Part shown: piece by piece, positions 7,235 to 16,900 of the stretch
How positions within the stretch are numbered: the first letter of the stretch is position 1
Layout of the letters: every line of letters begins with the position of its first letter
DNA from: Chthonomonadales bacterium
GTDB taxonomy: Bacteria > Armatimonadota > Chthonomonadetes > Chthonomonadales > Chthonomonadaceae
Direction of reading: 5' to 3'
Length of the DNA stretch: 21,111 nucleotides
NCBI GenBank assembly: GCA_038217285.1
Contig: JBBQPO010000080.1
Location: 1 to 21,111, forward strand
The notes under the pieces: model-generated
The model's input: only the letters and a program-made list of their open reading frames with translations
Told to the model about the DNA's origin: nothing
Database searches by the model: none
Position numbers and translations under genes: made by a program

Positions 7235-8858
7235 GCAGGGTCACGCTCTGCGCGGGAACTGCCAGACGCACCGTGTTGCCAGAGGCTGACAGATCTTTCT
7301 GCCGGACGATGGTATTGGCGGAGGTGAGCTGCCAGACCTGAATCGCGCCTTTCGGCACGAAGTTGGCGAGCGAGAGTGCAGGGAGCGCCGGGCTGTCCAG
7401 CGATTTGTTGATGAGCATGACGGTCAGCGCTCCGTCGGTGGTGCGCTGCCCCGCGAACGCGGCCAGGCTGTCCGAGTTGGGGGCGACGGCCTGAACGCTC
7501 GTCTCCCCGAAGCCCGACTTCTTCCCGTCGTAGTTGCGGTAGAGCTTCATTGCCTTGTAGGTCGGGGTGTCGGATTTCGGGGTCGTCCAGCGGGTCGCCA
7601 TATCGAGACCCTCCCGACCGAAGATCCCCAGAATGTCGGCCTGCGCGGTCGCGCCGTTGATATGGCTCTCCGCCCCCCAGTTGTATTCGGTGATGCCGGT
7701 GCGCGTTCCAGGATAAGACGTGGCAACCCAGTTCTTCATGCGCGGAATCAGGGCGACCTTGCTGTTGATCCAGCTTTCGTCGGTATAGTTGGGGTCCCAG
7801 AGGGAGCGGGTCGAGCGGTTACGACGGAGTTGCATAGCGCTGTCGGTCCCGTTGTTGAACTCGCCGCCCTGCGGGTAGTAGTGCAGGCTGAAGACATCGA
7901 GTAGACGTTTGCCGGTGCGGACGCCCTCCTGGCGGAACTGGTCGAGCAGCCAGGGCATGGCGTCCACATTGCCGTGTGCGGCGCGGTCGGGCAAATGGCT
8001 CCAGTCCTTGTGATCGTTGCCCCACTGCGAGTCGTAGCCGCTGTAGAGGTAGCCGGTCCAGCCCCACTCTTCCGGCCCCACGACGAGCGCCGTCGGATCG
8101 ACCGCTTTGATCTTCGCCGCATAGTCGAGCGACTTGCTGCGCAGCGCGTCCAGTTTGAGACCGACCGGCTGCACATCGCGATGCGTGCTGTTCCAGAGGG
8201 CCGGTTCGTTGTCGAGAAGATAGTATTTCACGCCCCCAGTGGCAGCCGATCCCCATTTTGCCACGAGATGTTTCACCCATGCCTGCTGGAACGCCGCGCT
8301 GTTGGGCACGTTGGCGTCGGTGGGATCGTTGCCGGTGACAGGCTTCCCCGTGCTTTTCAGGGTGCCATTGCCGGCGTCGGGGAACCACTGCGAGTCGCTG
8401 CCGGTCTGCGCGCCGTACTTCGCGATGGAGAAACCGGCGAGCTTGCCGCGATTGGGCCCGACCTTCGCCACCCAGTCGATCATGGGGATGGTGAGCATCG
8501 TCTGCGCACCGGCAGCTTTGCTGCGGGCCATAAAGGTGTCGCCGCGCTCGCCCGGCGTCGCACTGGGCTCCGCGATGCTCTCGAAATAGTAGTCGTTGGC
8601 ACGGTTGTCGGCGTTCAGTTGCCAGTTGTAGCGCGTCGTGTTGTTGCCGCCGTTGCGATGCAGCGGGATATTGAGATCGTTCAGCGCGGCGTCATCGGCA
8701 TAGGCGACGCCGTAGATCAGCGGACTGATCGGATGCCGGTTGGCCTTCGCATCGATCGTTATGGGGACCGGCGTTCCCTGTGCCCGCGCCGCGCCGCTTC
8801 CTATCGCGGTCAGTCCCCACCCGATCACACCCACCGCTCCGAGTTTTCTCCAGGTCAT
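7215..8858 (-). CDS. Secreted glycoside hydrolase family 44 (endoglucanase/xyloglucanase)
   Basis: Signal peptide (...AARA/QG), ISPLIYG, RNGGNNTTRYNW, catalytic-type YLLDNEPALW and GITEYNWG, and ADILGIFGREG. The 3' end overlaps trpF by 20 bp (convergent). Confidence 0.88.
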   Translation of the reverse strand: MTWRKLGAVGVIGWGLTAIGSGAARAQGTPVPITIDAKANRHPISPLIYGVAYADDAALNDLNIPLHRNGGNNTTRYNWQLNADNRANDYYFESIAEPSATPGERGDTFMARSKAAGAQTMLTIPMIDWVAKVGPNRGKLAGFSIAKYGAQTGSDSQWFPDAGNGTLKSTGKPVTGNDPTDANVPNSAAFQQAWVKHLVAKWGSAATGGVKYYLLDNEPALWNSTHRDVQPVGLKLDALRSKSLDYAAKIKAVDPTALVVGPEEWGWTGYLYSGYDSQWGNDHKDWSHLPDRAAHGNVDAMPWLLDQFRQEGVRTGKRLLDVFSLHYYPQGGEFNNGTDSAMQLRRNRSTRSLWDPNYTDESWINSKVALIPRMKNWVATSYPGTRTGITEYNWGAESHINGATAQADILGIFGREGLDMATRWTTPKSDTPTYKAMKLYRNYDGKKSGFGETSVQAVAPNSDSLAAFAGQRTTDGALTVMLINKSLDSPALPALSLANFVPKGAIQVWQLTSANTIVRQKDLSASGNTVRLAVPAQSVTLLILPAK

Positions 8859-8927
8859 AGCTCACTTCTCCTTCGAAATGCGTCGCTTCCGCCATCGCAT
8901 CGTTGTACGATCCCTGCTACCATTATA

Positions 8928-8958
8928 GGCTATGAAGTCAAAATTTGACTTCATAGCC
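8928..8958. promoter_or_regulatory. Perfect 15-1-15 palindrome in the divergent intergenic region (candidate operator)
   Basis: GGCTATGAAGTCAAA-A-TTTGACTTCATAGCC, abutting a minus-strand TATAAT (8927-8922) that points at the GH44 gene. Confidence 0.65.
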
Positions 8959-9011
8959 CAATGTACTTCGCCTGGAACTTTTCGATGGGCATAGGCATAG
9001 TATAGGTTGTG

Positions 9012-9482
9012 ATGAAATGTTCTCTCAAGTACAACCGCAGATGGATAGGCTTGCTTCTCGCGATGGCCCTTGTCGTGTTGACGCTCCCCTCCCATGCCTC
9101 GTGGCAATGTTTGGACGGTACGCGCTGTCCGCTGAACTGCCCGATGCTTCGTGCTGTCCCGAGCGATCATAACACCTGCATGCTTAAGATGAGTGTTCAT
9201 TGCTCTATGTGTACCGCACACATAGCTGCGCTTTCACAGAAAAACCGCACGGTGCACTGTACGTCATTGCCGTGTGTCCTGCGGGTTGCAGAGCAACCTG
9301 CCTCTTCCCTGAAAAACGGCGTTGAGATCTATGTCCCGCTTCTTGCGATGCCGCCGCCCGCGCTTTTCACTCCTCCATTCGTTCGGATCAGCACGGATGT
9401 TGTTTTTTCTCCCCTTCTCCCCTTTTATCCACAACGCTTCTTGCGTCCTAATTTCGGACGCGCCCCACCCATCTGCCTGTGA
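9012..9482 (+). CDS. Cys-rich exported leader protein with C-terminal RAPP motif (DUF2946/CutF/CruR-like)
   Basis: Signal or TM segment, Cys clusters (CLDGTRCPLNCPM, HCSMC, HCTSLPC), a Pro-rich spacer, then GRAPP (RAPP 9459-9470) three residues before the stop. First gene of an efflux operon. Start is GTG 9009 or ATG 9012. Confidence 0.72.
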   Translation: MKCSLKYNRRWIGLLLAMALVVLTLPSHASWQCLDGTRCPLNCPMLRAVPSDHNTCMLKMSVHCSMCTAHIAALSQKNRTVHCTSLPCVLRVAEQPASSLKNGVEIYVPLLAMPPPALFTPPFVRISTDVVFSPLLPFYPQRFLRPNFGRAPPICL

Positions 9483-9591
9483 TGACTTCACCGCTCGTGT
9501 TCGCTAAACGTTAGCCCCTCGGCACGTTTTTGAGCACGCCTGCGGCGCATTGTTGCGTCTCAGTAGAGGCACATCAGAGGAGATAATTCCC

Positions 9592-9717
9592 ATGAAACGT
9601 CTGAATGACTTTATCATCCGGTCCAACAAGCGACCCGATACCTATGTGCTGCTAGCGAACGCTAATCGTTTTCTGGCAGCGCAAGGAGAAGCATCGTGCA
9701 GTCACATAATCGACTAG
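9592..9717 (+). CDS. Putative 41-aa small ORF (MKRLNDFIIRSNKRPDTYVLLANANRFLAAQGEASCSHIID)
   Basis: Strong GAGGAG (9577-9582) 9 nt before the ATG. It overlaps the RBS and start of the next gene and is below the ORF-track size cut-off. Confidence 0.4.
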   Translation: MKRLNDFIIRSNKRPDTYVLLANANRFLAAQGEASCSHIID

Positions 9718-10274
9718 GAACAAAGAAGCGGTGGTTTCGCGTGGGGCCAGGCTTGCTCCTTGCCCTTATCGTTGCAGGGGCAATCCTGGCTTCGGGGCAG
9801 TGGTTCAACAAGATGCCTACGGATCCAGGCACAGGAAGTATTGTCTGGGAGGCCGATGCGCACGGACATCTGCGCCGCGTGAGTGCGCCTACGACGCCAA
9901 AGCAGGGAGTGCCACCCCGGCTCTGGAAGCCCGAGGTAAGTCTGCTTTCAAAGAGTGCTTCGCTTCTTCACCTGACCGCTGCGCAGCGCACTTGTCTGGC
10001 TGCTCTGGCTACGGCCTGGGAGCGCGAAAAAGCGCAGATCGAGGCAGAGATGGATCGGGCCTCTACCAACGCTCGCGCCGTTGCTGCACACGCCACTCCG
10101 GAGCGAGCCGCTTCCGCTACGCAGATGATGCAGCGCCTTGGCGACTACTCTACGCTCTCCGCACAGTACGACTCTCGACGGACGGCCTATTGGGTACAAG
10201 GGTACGCCATTCTATCGCCGGAGCAACAACGAAAGATGGAGAGCCTTACCGAGGCCGCAAGGAGAAAAGAGTGA
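9696..10274 (+). CDS. Membrane-anchored periplasmic helical protein with LTxxQ motifs (Spy/CpxP/ZraP-like)
   Basis: AAGGAG RBS and GTG start, an N-terminal TM segment, and LHLTAAQR and ILSPEQQ motifs flanking a long helical region. Confidence 0.65.
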   Translation: MQSHNRLGTKKRWFRVGPGLLLALIVAGAILASGQWFNKMPTDPGTGSIVWEADAHGHLRRVSAPTTPKQGVPPRLWKPEVSLLSKSASLLHLTAAQRTCLAALATAWEREKAQIEAEMDRASTNARAVAAHATPERAASATQMMQRLGDYSTLSAQYDSRRTAYWVQGYAILSPEQQRKMESLTEAARRKE

Positions 10275-11623
10275 CCATACACCGACCGATACGCAGGCTC
10301 GGGAGTATTACGCTCTTTGTAGCCCTCCTTGGCAGCCATTCGCTTCTTCTCGCTCACGCGCAGACGCTCGGAGCGGACCAACCCAAATTAGCGGGGCCAC
10401 TCTCGGTTGCGCGGGCCGTGCAAACCGGCTTACGCGAGAACCTGATGCTACGGGCCGCCCGCGCGGATGTGGCGGCGGCGGCAGCGGAGACGCGTGTTGC
10501 CAAAAGCCAGACCCGGCCCCAGGTTTCCGCCAACACCTATCTGTCCTACGGGGATTTCAGCAACATCTTAAACACCGCGCCGAGTGTCGCGCCGACAAAC
10601 TACCTCAACGTCCCCTCGCAAGGGTTTGCCGATCAAAACGTGACCCTTATGGCTCCGCTCTACACCAGCGGGCGCTTGAGCAACCTGGTGCGCGCCGCCT
10701 CCCTGCGGGAACGCGCGGTGACTCAGGATGTCGGTGGCGTTCAGGCGGATACGGGTCTGCGCATCAAAGAGGCGTACTACCGCGCTCTGCTGACCGGCGA
10801 GGTCATCAAGGTGGCTCAGTCGCGTGTCGACGCCGATATCGAACTTGTCCGAAACGCTCAGGCGCTCTTTACCGCAGGGAAAGGACTGGAAGCGTCCGTA
10901 CGCCGGGTGGAGGCTGAGCGCGCAGACGCAGACCGCGCGCTGACGACCGCCCGTAACAATCAGGCCAAAGCCCTTCTTGATCTCAAGGCTGCGATGGGTG
11001 TTCAGCTCGGCTCCGACATCACGCTCGCCGACGCCCTTACCTTTGCGCCCCCCTCCGGAGACCTCGCAAAGCAGCTTGCGGACGCCGCGCAGACGCGTCC
11101 GGAGCTGCTTGCCTCCCGCTCCCGCGTGCAAGCGGCAGAGGCGCAGACACGGTCCGTGCGCGGCTCGCAGGGGCCGCAGGTGGCCGGGATGGCTATGGCG
11201 GACGGGTTTACCTCGCATCCCCTTGGTACCCGTGAAGGCTATACCGTCGGTATCGTCATCAGTCTGCCGCTTCTGGACGGCGGCCAGCGCAGAGCCGAAA
11301 CGGCCCTGGCCCGTGCGCATGCGGAGCGTGCCGACGCCGAGCGGCGCGACCTGGAGCTCCGGATAGCGAACGAGGTAACGCAGGCTTGGCTGGATGTCGG
11401 GACGGCGGCCGAGAACTACCGCAGCGCACAGACTGGGCTCCAGTCGGCACAGGCTTCTTATGACGTCACCGCGCTGCGGGTGCAAAACCAGAAGGGGATC
11501 CTGGTCGAACAGCTCGATGCGCTCGCCGCTGTCGTCCAGGCGCGGGGCAGTGTGGCGCAGGCGCTCTACGATCACGCGCTCGCCGTCGCTCGGCTTCAGC
11601 GCGCTGTGGGGAGGCCAGAGTGA
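10271..11623 (+). CDS. TolC-family outer-membrane efflux protein
   Basis: GTG overlaps the upstream TGA (GTGA). Signal peptide, LSVARAVQTGLRENLML, two OEP repeats (PLYTSGR, RPEL, SLPLLDGG) and terminal LQRAVG. Confidence 0.9.
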   Translation: MTIHRPIRRLGSITLFVALLGSHSLLLAHAQTLGADQPKLAGPLSVARAVQTGLRENLMLRAARADVAAAAAETRVAKSQTRPQVSANTYLSYGDFSNILNTAPSVAPTNYLNVPSQGFADQNVTLMAPLYTSGRLSNLVRAASLRERAVTQDVGGVQADTGLRIKEAYYRALLTGEVIKVAQSRVDADIELVRNAQALFTAGKGLEASVRRVEAERADADRALTTARNNQAKALLDLKAAMGVQLGSDITLADALTFAPPSGDLAKQLADAAQTRPELLASRSRVQAAEAQTRSVRGSQGPQVAGMAMADGFTSHPLGTREGYTVGIVISLPLLDGGQRRAETALARAHAERADAERRDLELRIANEVTQAWLDVGTAAENYRSAQTGLQSAQASYDVTALRVQNQKGILVEQLDALAAVVQARGSVAQALYDHALAVARLQRAVGRPE

Positions 11624-13959
11624 ATCATAGGATGCAAGCCTTTCTTAAGGAACATGGACAAGCGATGAATGTACGAATTATTGCCCTTCTCGTACGCTTA
11701 CTCTGCGCACTCTGTTTGGCGCTGATCGCGCCGATTACTGCGCTTGCCGGGCCCACGACCGAGGCCGGACCCTATCGCATCGAGCTGGCGACCAGTCCGG
11801 ATGTGATCGTCGTGGGCAAGGGGAAGCTGCTGCTCAAGATTACGGACGCCTCCGGCAAACCCGTCGAAGGGGCCAGGATCATGGCTCTGGCGAAGATGCC
11901 GGGCATGAACATGGGCGAGCGCGAGCAGCCCGCCGCAGCCCAGCCTGGTCAGCCCGGCGTCTATGCCGCCCCGGCGCAGTTCGCGATGGAGGGCGGGTAC
12001 GAGGCGACGATACGGATCGAAGGCACCGCAGGCACAGCGACAGCGACACTCTCCTTGACCACAGGGCAGAGCACGGGACCGCTGTCCGGTTCAGGCGCTG
12101 CCTCCGGCGCTTCAGCGTCTTCCGCCCCTACAAGCGGCCGCGGGTTTCGCCTGCTTCCGCTCTTGCCCTGGATCGGCGGCGTGCTGCTGATCGCCTTTGT
12201 GCTCCAGCGGATGCGGCAAAGCGGGCAAAAACTCCACTTCAAGGGAGTCTTCAACCGCACCGTACTCGTTGAAATGTTACTGATGGCACTGTTCCTGGCA
12301 GGAGCCTACTACGCCGTGAGTCACTTCCGCCGGCCGGGAGCGATGACGCCTATGGAAGCGCAGTCCATGGAGATGAATCTTCCTGCGCCTCAGGGCACGG
12401 CCCCCGTAGAGTTGGCCACGGTGACGGAAGGTCCGCTTCAGAGCACGGTGCGCTATACGGGGCAGGCCGTGGGGTATGTGGAGCAGGACGTCTCGCCCCG
12501 CATCACCGGAGTCCTTGTCTCTATGCCGCTCTATGTCGGAGACCGGGTGAGACGGGGACAGATCGTGGCCCGTCTCGATACCTCGCAGAGCGCCCCTCAG
12601 GTCGCCAGTCAGCAGGCGGGCGTGATCATGGCGCAGGAGGGAACCGCCGTCGCAGAGAAGGATTACGAGCAGGCTCTCTCCCTGGTGTGGCAGGCCGAAG
12701 CCGAAGTCGGCATGAAGACCGGAGCCGTCGACTCGGCGCGCGCGGACATCACGACTGCGCAGGACGAGCGCACAAGCGCCCAGGCAAATCTTACGGCGGC
12801 TCAAACCATGGTCGGGGATGCGAACGCCCAACTTCAAGCGGCGCAGGCCGATCAGCGGTACTGGCGACAGGAGATCGACCGCGAAAAATCTCTGCTCGCA
12901 GCCGGAGCCGTGACACGTGACGAGTTTCAGCGCGAAACGGCGCAGGCGGAAAATGCCGACGCCAAAGTGCGGCAGTCACAGGCGCGGATAGACCAGACGC
13001 AGGCGCAGGTCGCAGCCGCTGTCTCAGGCGTCCACAAAACCGATTCAATGATCACGTCGGCACAGGCAAAGCTCACGCAGGCCCTATCGGACCTGACCGC
13101 GTATCACGCGCATGTCCATTCCGAAGAGGCGGCCGCGATTGCCGCCCGGCAGAAGATCAAGCAGGCGCAGGCAGGCGTTGCACAGGCGCGTGCCGGTCTC
13201 GCCGGGGCGGCGGCCACACGCGGCTACAGCGAAATTCGCTCGGAGACGGACGGCGTCGTCACGCAGCGGGTGATCAGCCCCGGCGTACTCGTGAACCCGG
13301 GCCAGACCATCCTGAAAATCGCCCAGATCTCTCCGATCCGCTTACAGGCGAACGTCGCCGAAAACGACCTGGCGCGGGTCCGGGTGGGAGGCTCGGTGCT
13401 GATACACAGCCAGGGCGCTTCGGGAAAATTCCTTCCAGCGCGCATCAGCTCGATCGCGCCTTCTGTCGATCCGACTTCGCGTACCGGCGTCGTTGAAGCC
13501 ATTGTCCCCAATCAAGACGGTCGCTTACTGCCCGGCCAGTACCTTGCGATGGACCTCCTGACAGGACGAGACGCGAACGCGCTGCGCATTCCGACCCGCG
13601 CCATTCGCCACCATACGCCTCCTTCCGGCGGCGTCATCTCCACAAAGACCGCGGCCTATGTCTGGGTTGCGGAGCCTGTCGCCGGCCAGGAGAAGCAGTA
13701 CACGGTGCAGGAGATAGTGGTGCAGACGGGCCTGACCGATGCAACCGGCACCGAGATCGTCTCGGGCCTGAAGGCGGGGCAGCAGGTCGTGGTCGCGGGC
13801 CAGGACTACCTCAAAGACGGAGACACGGTCTCTCCCGTCAGCGCGCCGGAAGCATCTGGAGGAGGCGCCATGCCGAATATGCCAGGCATGTCCAATACGC
13901 CGAGCCCGAACAGGGGCTCCCTGCAGGGAATGCCCGGAATGAACGGAGGCGCGAGGTGA
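11620..13959 (+). CDS. RND periplasmic adaptor (membrane-fusion protein) with N-terminal YtkA/FixH-like domain and Met-rich tail
   Basis: N-terminal DASGKPVEGA..KMPGMNMG..PGVY..FAMEGGY (YtkA-like), two internal hydrophobic segments, lipoyl halves (VGDRVRRGQIVARLD; IRSETDGVV..PGVLVNPGQ), a long coiled coil, VDPTSRT and GLKAGQQVVVAGQ. GTGA coupling at both ends; alternative ATG at 11665. Confidence 0.88.
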   Translation: MNHRMQAFLKEHGQAMNVRIIALLVRLLCALCLALIAPITALAGPTTEAGPYRIELATSPDVIVVGKGKLLLKITDASGKPVEGARIMALAKMPGMNMGEREQPAAAQPGQPGVYAAPAQFAMEGGYEATIRIEGTAGTATATLSLTTGQSTGPLSGSGAASGASASSAPTSGRGFRLLPLLPWIGGVLLIAFVLQRMRQSGQKLHFKGVFNRTVLVEMLLMALFLAGAYYAVSHFRRPGAMTPMEAQSMEMNLPAPQGTAPVELATVTEGPLQSTVRYTGQAVGYVEQDVSPRITGVLVSMPLYVGDRVRRGQIVARLDTSQSAPQVASQQAGVIMAQEGTAVAEKDYEQALSLVWQAEAEVGMKTGAVDSARADITTAQDERTSAQANLTAAQTMVGDANAQLQAAQADQRYWRQEIDREKSLLAAGAVTRDEFQRETAQAENADAKVRQSQARIDQTQAQVAAAVSGVHKTDSMITSAQAKLTQALSDLTAYHAHVHSEEAAAIAARQKIKQAQAGVAQARAGLAGAAATRGYSEIRSETDGVVTQRVISPGVLVNPGQTILKIAQISPIRLQANVAENDLARVRVGGSVLIHSQGASGKFLPARISSIAPSVDPTSRTGVVEAIVPNQDGRLLPGQYLAMDLLTGRDANALRIPTRAIRHHTPPSGGVISTKTAAYVWVAEPVAGQEKQYTVQEIVVQTGLTDATGTEIVSGLKAGQQVVVAGQDYLKDGDTVSPVSAPEASGGGAMPNMPGMSNTPSPNRGSLQGMPGMNGGAR

Positions 13960-16900
13960 GCCAGATACCGTCCCATAAGAATGCGCCCGCTACGCCGCCG
14001 CCGGGGCACCGCATGAACGCGCTTCACTTAATCCATAAATGGTCCATCGAGCATCCTTATGCGGTGATCGCCTTCTACGTGGCGATGATGGGCCTGGCCT
14101 GGATGACCATCAGCCACACCATGCCGCGTCGATTCGCGCCCTATGTGGAAAGTCCTATGATCGGGGTCGTCACCATGATGCCGGGGCTCTCCGCCCAGGA
14201 GATGGAGATCTACGTCAGCAAGCCCATCGAAGAGCAGTTGATCAACGTCAAAGGGCTGCGCTATATTCGCTCGAACTCGCAAAACGGGTTCTCGATCGTG
14301 ACGCTTCAGTTCCCCTACGGCACCAATATGCAGCGCGCGATTGTGGATATTCAGGCGCTCATGAACGTCACGCAGTCCAACCTGCCCGCGACGGGTGCGA
14401 ACCTAAAACCCTCCTGGGTCGTGCCGATCGATCCGCTCAATCTGCCCATTCTCACATTGAGTCTGCGCGGGGATCCGAAAGCGGGCTGGGACGCGGTGCG
14501 GGCGCGCGAGTTCGCCGATAACACGGTCGTGAACCGCATAAAGGAAGTTCCGGACGTCTACTCCGTCGTGCCCTTTGGCGGCTATCGGCGGCAGATGCAG
14601 GTGGTTGTGGACCGCGAGAAACTGGCCGCCTACCGGCTCTCTATTTTAGACGTCAAAAACGCCATTGATCGCTACAACGTCAGCCGTCCGGCAGGTACGC
14701 TGACGAGTGGCGCGCAGGAGGGAATCGTGCGCGTCGATACGCGCGCCCTGAGTGCGGAAGATATCCTGGGCTATCCGATTACGAGCGTCGGCAGCGACGC
14801 TTCCGCGTCCGGGTCATCACCTTCCGGCGGAGCGCCTGCGGGCGGTGGCGGGGGCGGCATGGGAGGTGGAGAGGCGCCCGGTGCCGCGCCTACGCCCTCC
14901 GCGCCGGTCGGTGCGTTGCGTTCGCCGCGCGTGATCTATGTGCGCGATGTGGCGCGAGTCGTGGATACGCACTTCGAGCGCCGAAGCGGCTATCACTACC
15001 TTAAGCACGAGCCGGGTACGAAAGGCGAGGTTATTCCCTCCATCGAAGTGTCGGTCATCCAGGATCCGGGGGCCAGTTCGGCGACCGTGGTTCCCGCCGT
15101 CATGAAGGTCATCAACCAGCTCGAAGACGAGAATCCTGGCCTGCACTTCGACGTCTCCTACGACAACGCCCACTTCGTGAACATTCTCTTTCACAACGTG
15201 TGGGAAGAGCTTCTGACCGCCGTCCTTCTCACGGGCATCGCCATCTTGTTCTTCTTGGGAGAGTGGCGGGGAACGCTCATCGCGATGATCGCGCTTCCCA
15301 CATCCCTTGCGATCGCCGTGATGATGATGGTGCCATTCGGCATGACTTTCAACAGCGGCACCCTCATCGGCCTGCTCCTCGCTATCGGTCGGCTTGTCGA
15401 TGACAGCATTATCGACATTCACGCGGTGGAGCGTCATCTGCGGATGGGGAAGGACCCGAAGACCGCGACCATCGACGGCATTGCGGAAGTACGCCTGGCG
15501 GTAATCGCCTCGACGATCATGATCGTGCTTGCCCTCTCACCGCTGCTCTTTTCAGGGGGGATCACGCAGATCATGTTCAAAGAGCTGGTGTGGCCGCTGA
15601 TCTTCGGCCTGCTGGCCTCGATGCTGGTCTCCTTTACGTTGACCGCCCTGCTCTGCGCGAACCTTTTGCGGCCGGAAAGCGCGCGGGAGACAGACCGAAA
15701 GCATCCCATTATCAAGTGGCTCTACGTCGTGCTCGACCCGTTCCAGCGGTTCTTAGACCGACTGGACGGTGGTTACGGGCGCCTGCTTCGCTGGATGCTG
15801 AAGCACCGATTCGCAAACATGGTCCGCGTCTTCTTAACCCTCATCGTCGGGTTTACCTTCTACTACTTCATCGGCAGTGAGATGATGCCGCTCGCCGATG
15901 TCGGTCAGGCCAATGGTCTTTTGGAGATGGCTCCCGGCACCTCCTATGCCGAAACAGAACGGGCGGTCGGGCAGCTTGAGCGTATCCTGCAGAAGTACCC
16001 GGAGGTGGAGAAAGCAAGTATCGAAATAGGCGCCGAGACCATGTTTGAGAGCTGGACCCCATTCTACACCGGCTACCAGATGCCCCAGGTAAACGGGGCC
16101 TCCATGATGCTGACCTTCAGCGACAAGGATAGCCGCAAGCGCACGATTTTTACTATTATCGACGCGGTCCAAAAGGAGGCCCTACACACCATCCCCGGCA
16201 TTCGGCGCCTGCAGATCAAGGAGATGGGCAGCGACGTCATGGCAACCTCTGCCGCCCCTGTCCATGTCAATATCTTTGGCCCGGACTTAAAGGAACTCGA
16301 CAAGCTGGGCGAGGAGGCGCTCGGGGTCGCCAGGAAGATGCCGGAGATCTTCCAACCCGGAACGACCTGGACGATAGGACTGCCGGATTATCAGATCAAA
16401 GTCGATCCGCAGCGGGCGCAGGAGGTCGGGCTCTCGCCGGAGAGCATTTCGCAGCAGGCCTACTATGCACTAAGCGGGGGGCTGACAAACGAGTTTTATC
16501 GGTTGCCCAACCTGAGGCAGGATACCATCCAGGTGCGCTACGAGCAGAAGGACCGGGCGAACGCGCAGAGTCTGGAGAACCTGTATCTGACAACCCCGGA
16601 CGGACGGCAAATTCTGCTCAAGTCGGTCGCGACTATCGAAGACGGCAATGCCCCAACCGTCATCGAGCACGACGGTTTGAAGCGGGTGATCGGCATTACG
16701 GGCTACTACCGTACAGAGGCGCTCCCGACGATGGATGTGGTGATGAACCTCGTTGCCAACATCTATGCCGGTAATAAGAAGTTAGGTATCCAACCGATAA
16801 ACTTTCCGCCCGGCTACGGCATGGAGATGCGCGGCGACATGACGGAAATGATGGACTCCTTCCGTCGCATGATCAGCGGCCTGACGCTGGCGCTCGCGCT

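Noticed and set aside
9731-10270. N-terminal extension of the TolC ORF
   Set aside because: Overlaps the 9696-10274 gene in another frame; GTG 10271 gives a signal peptide and GTGA coupling.
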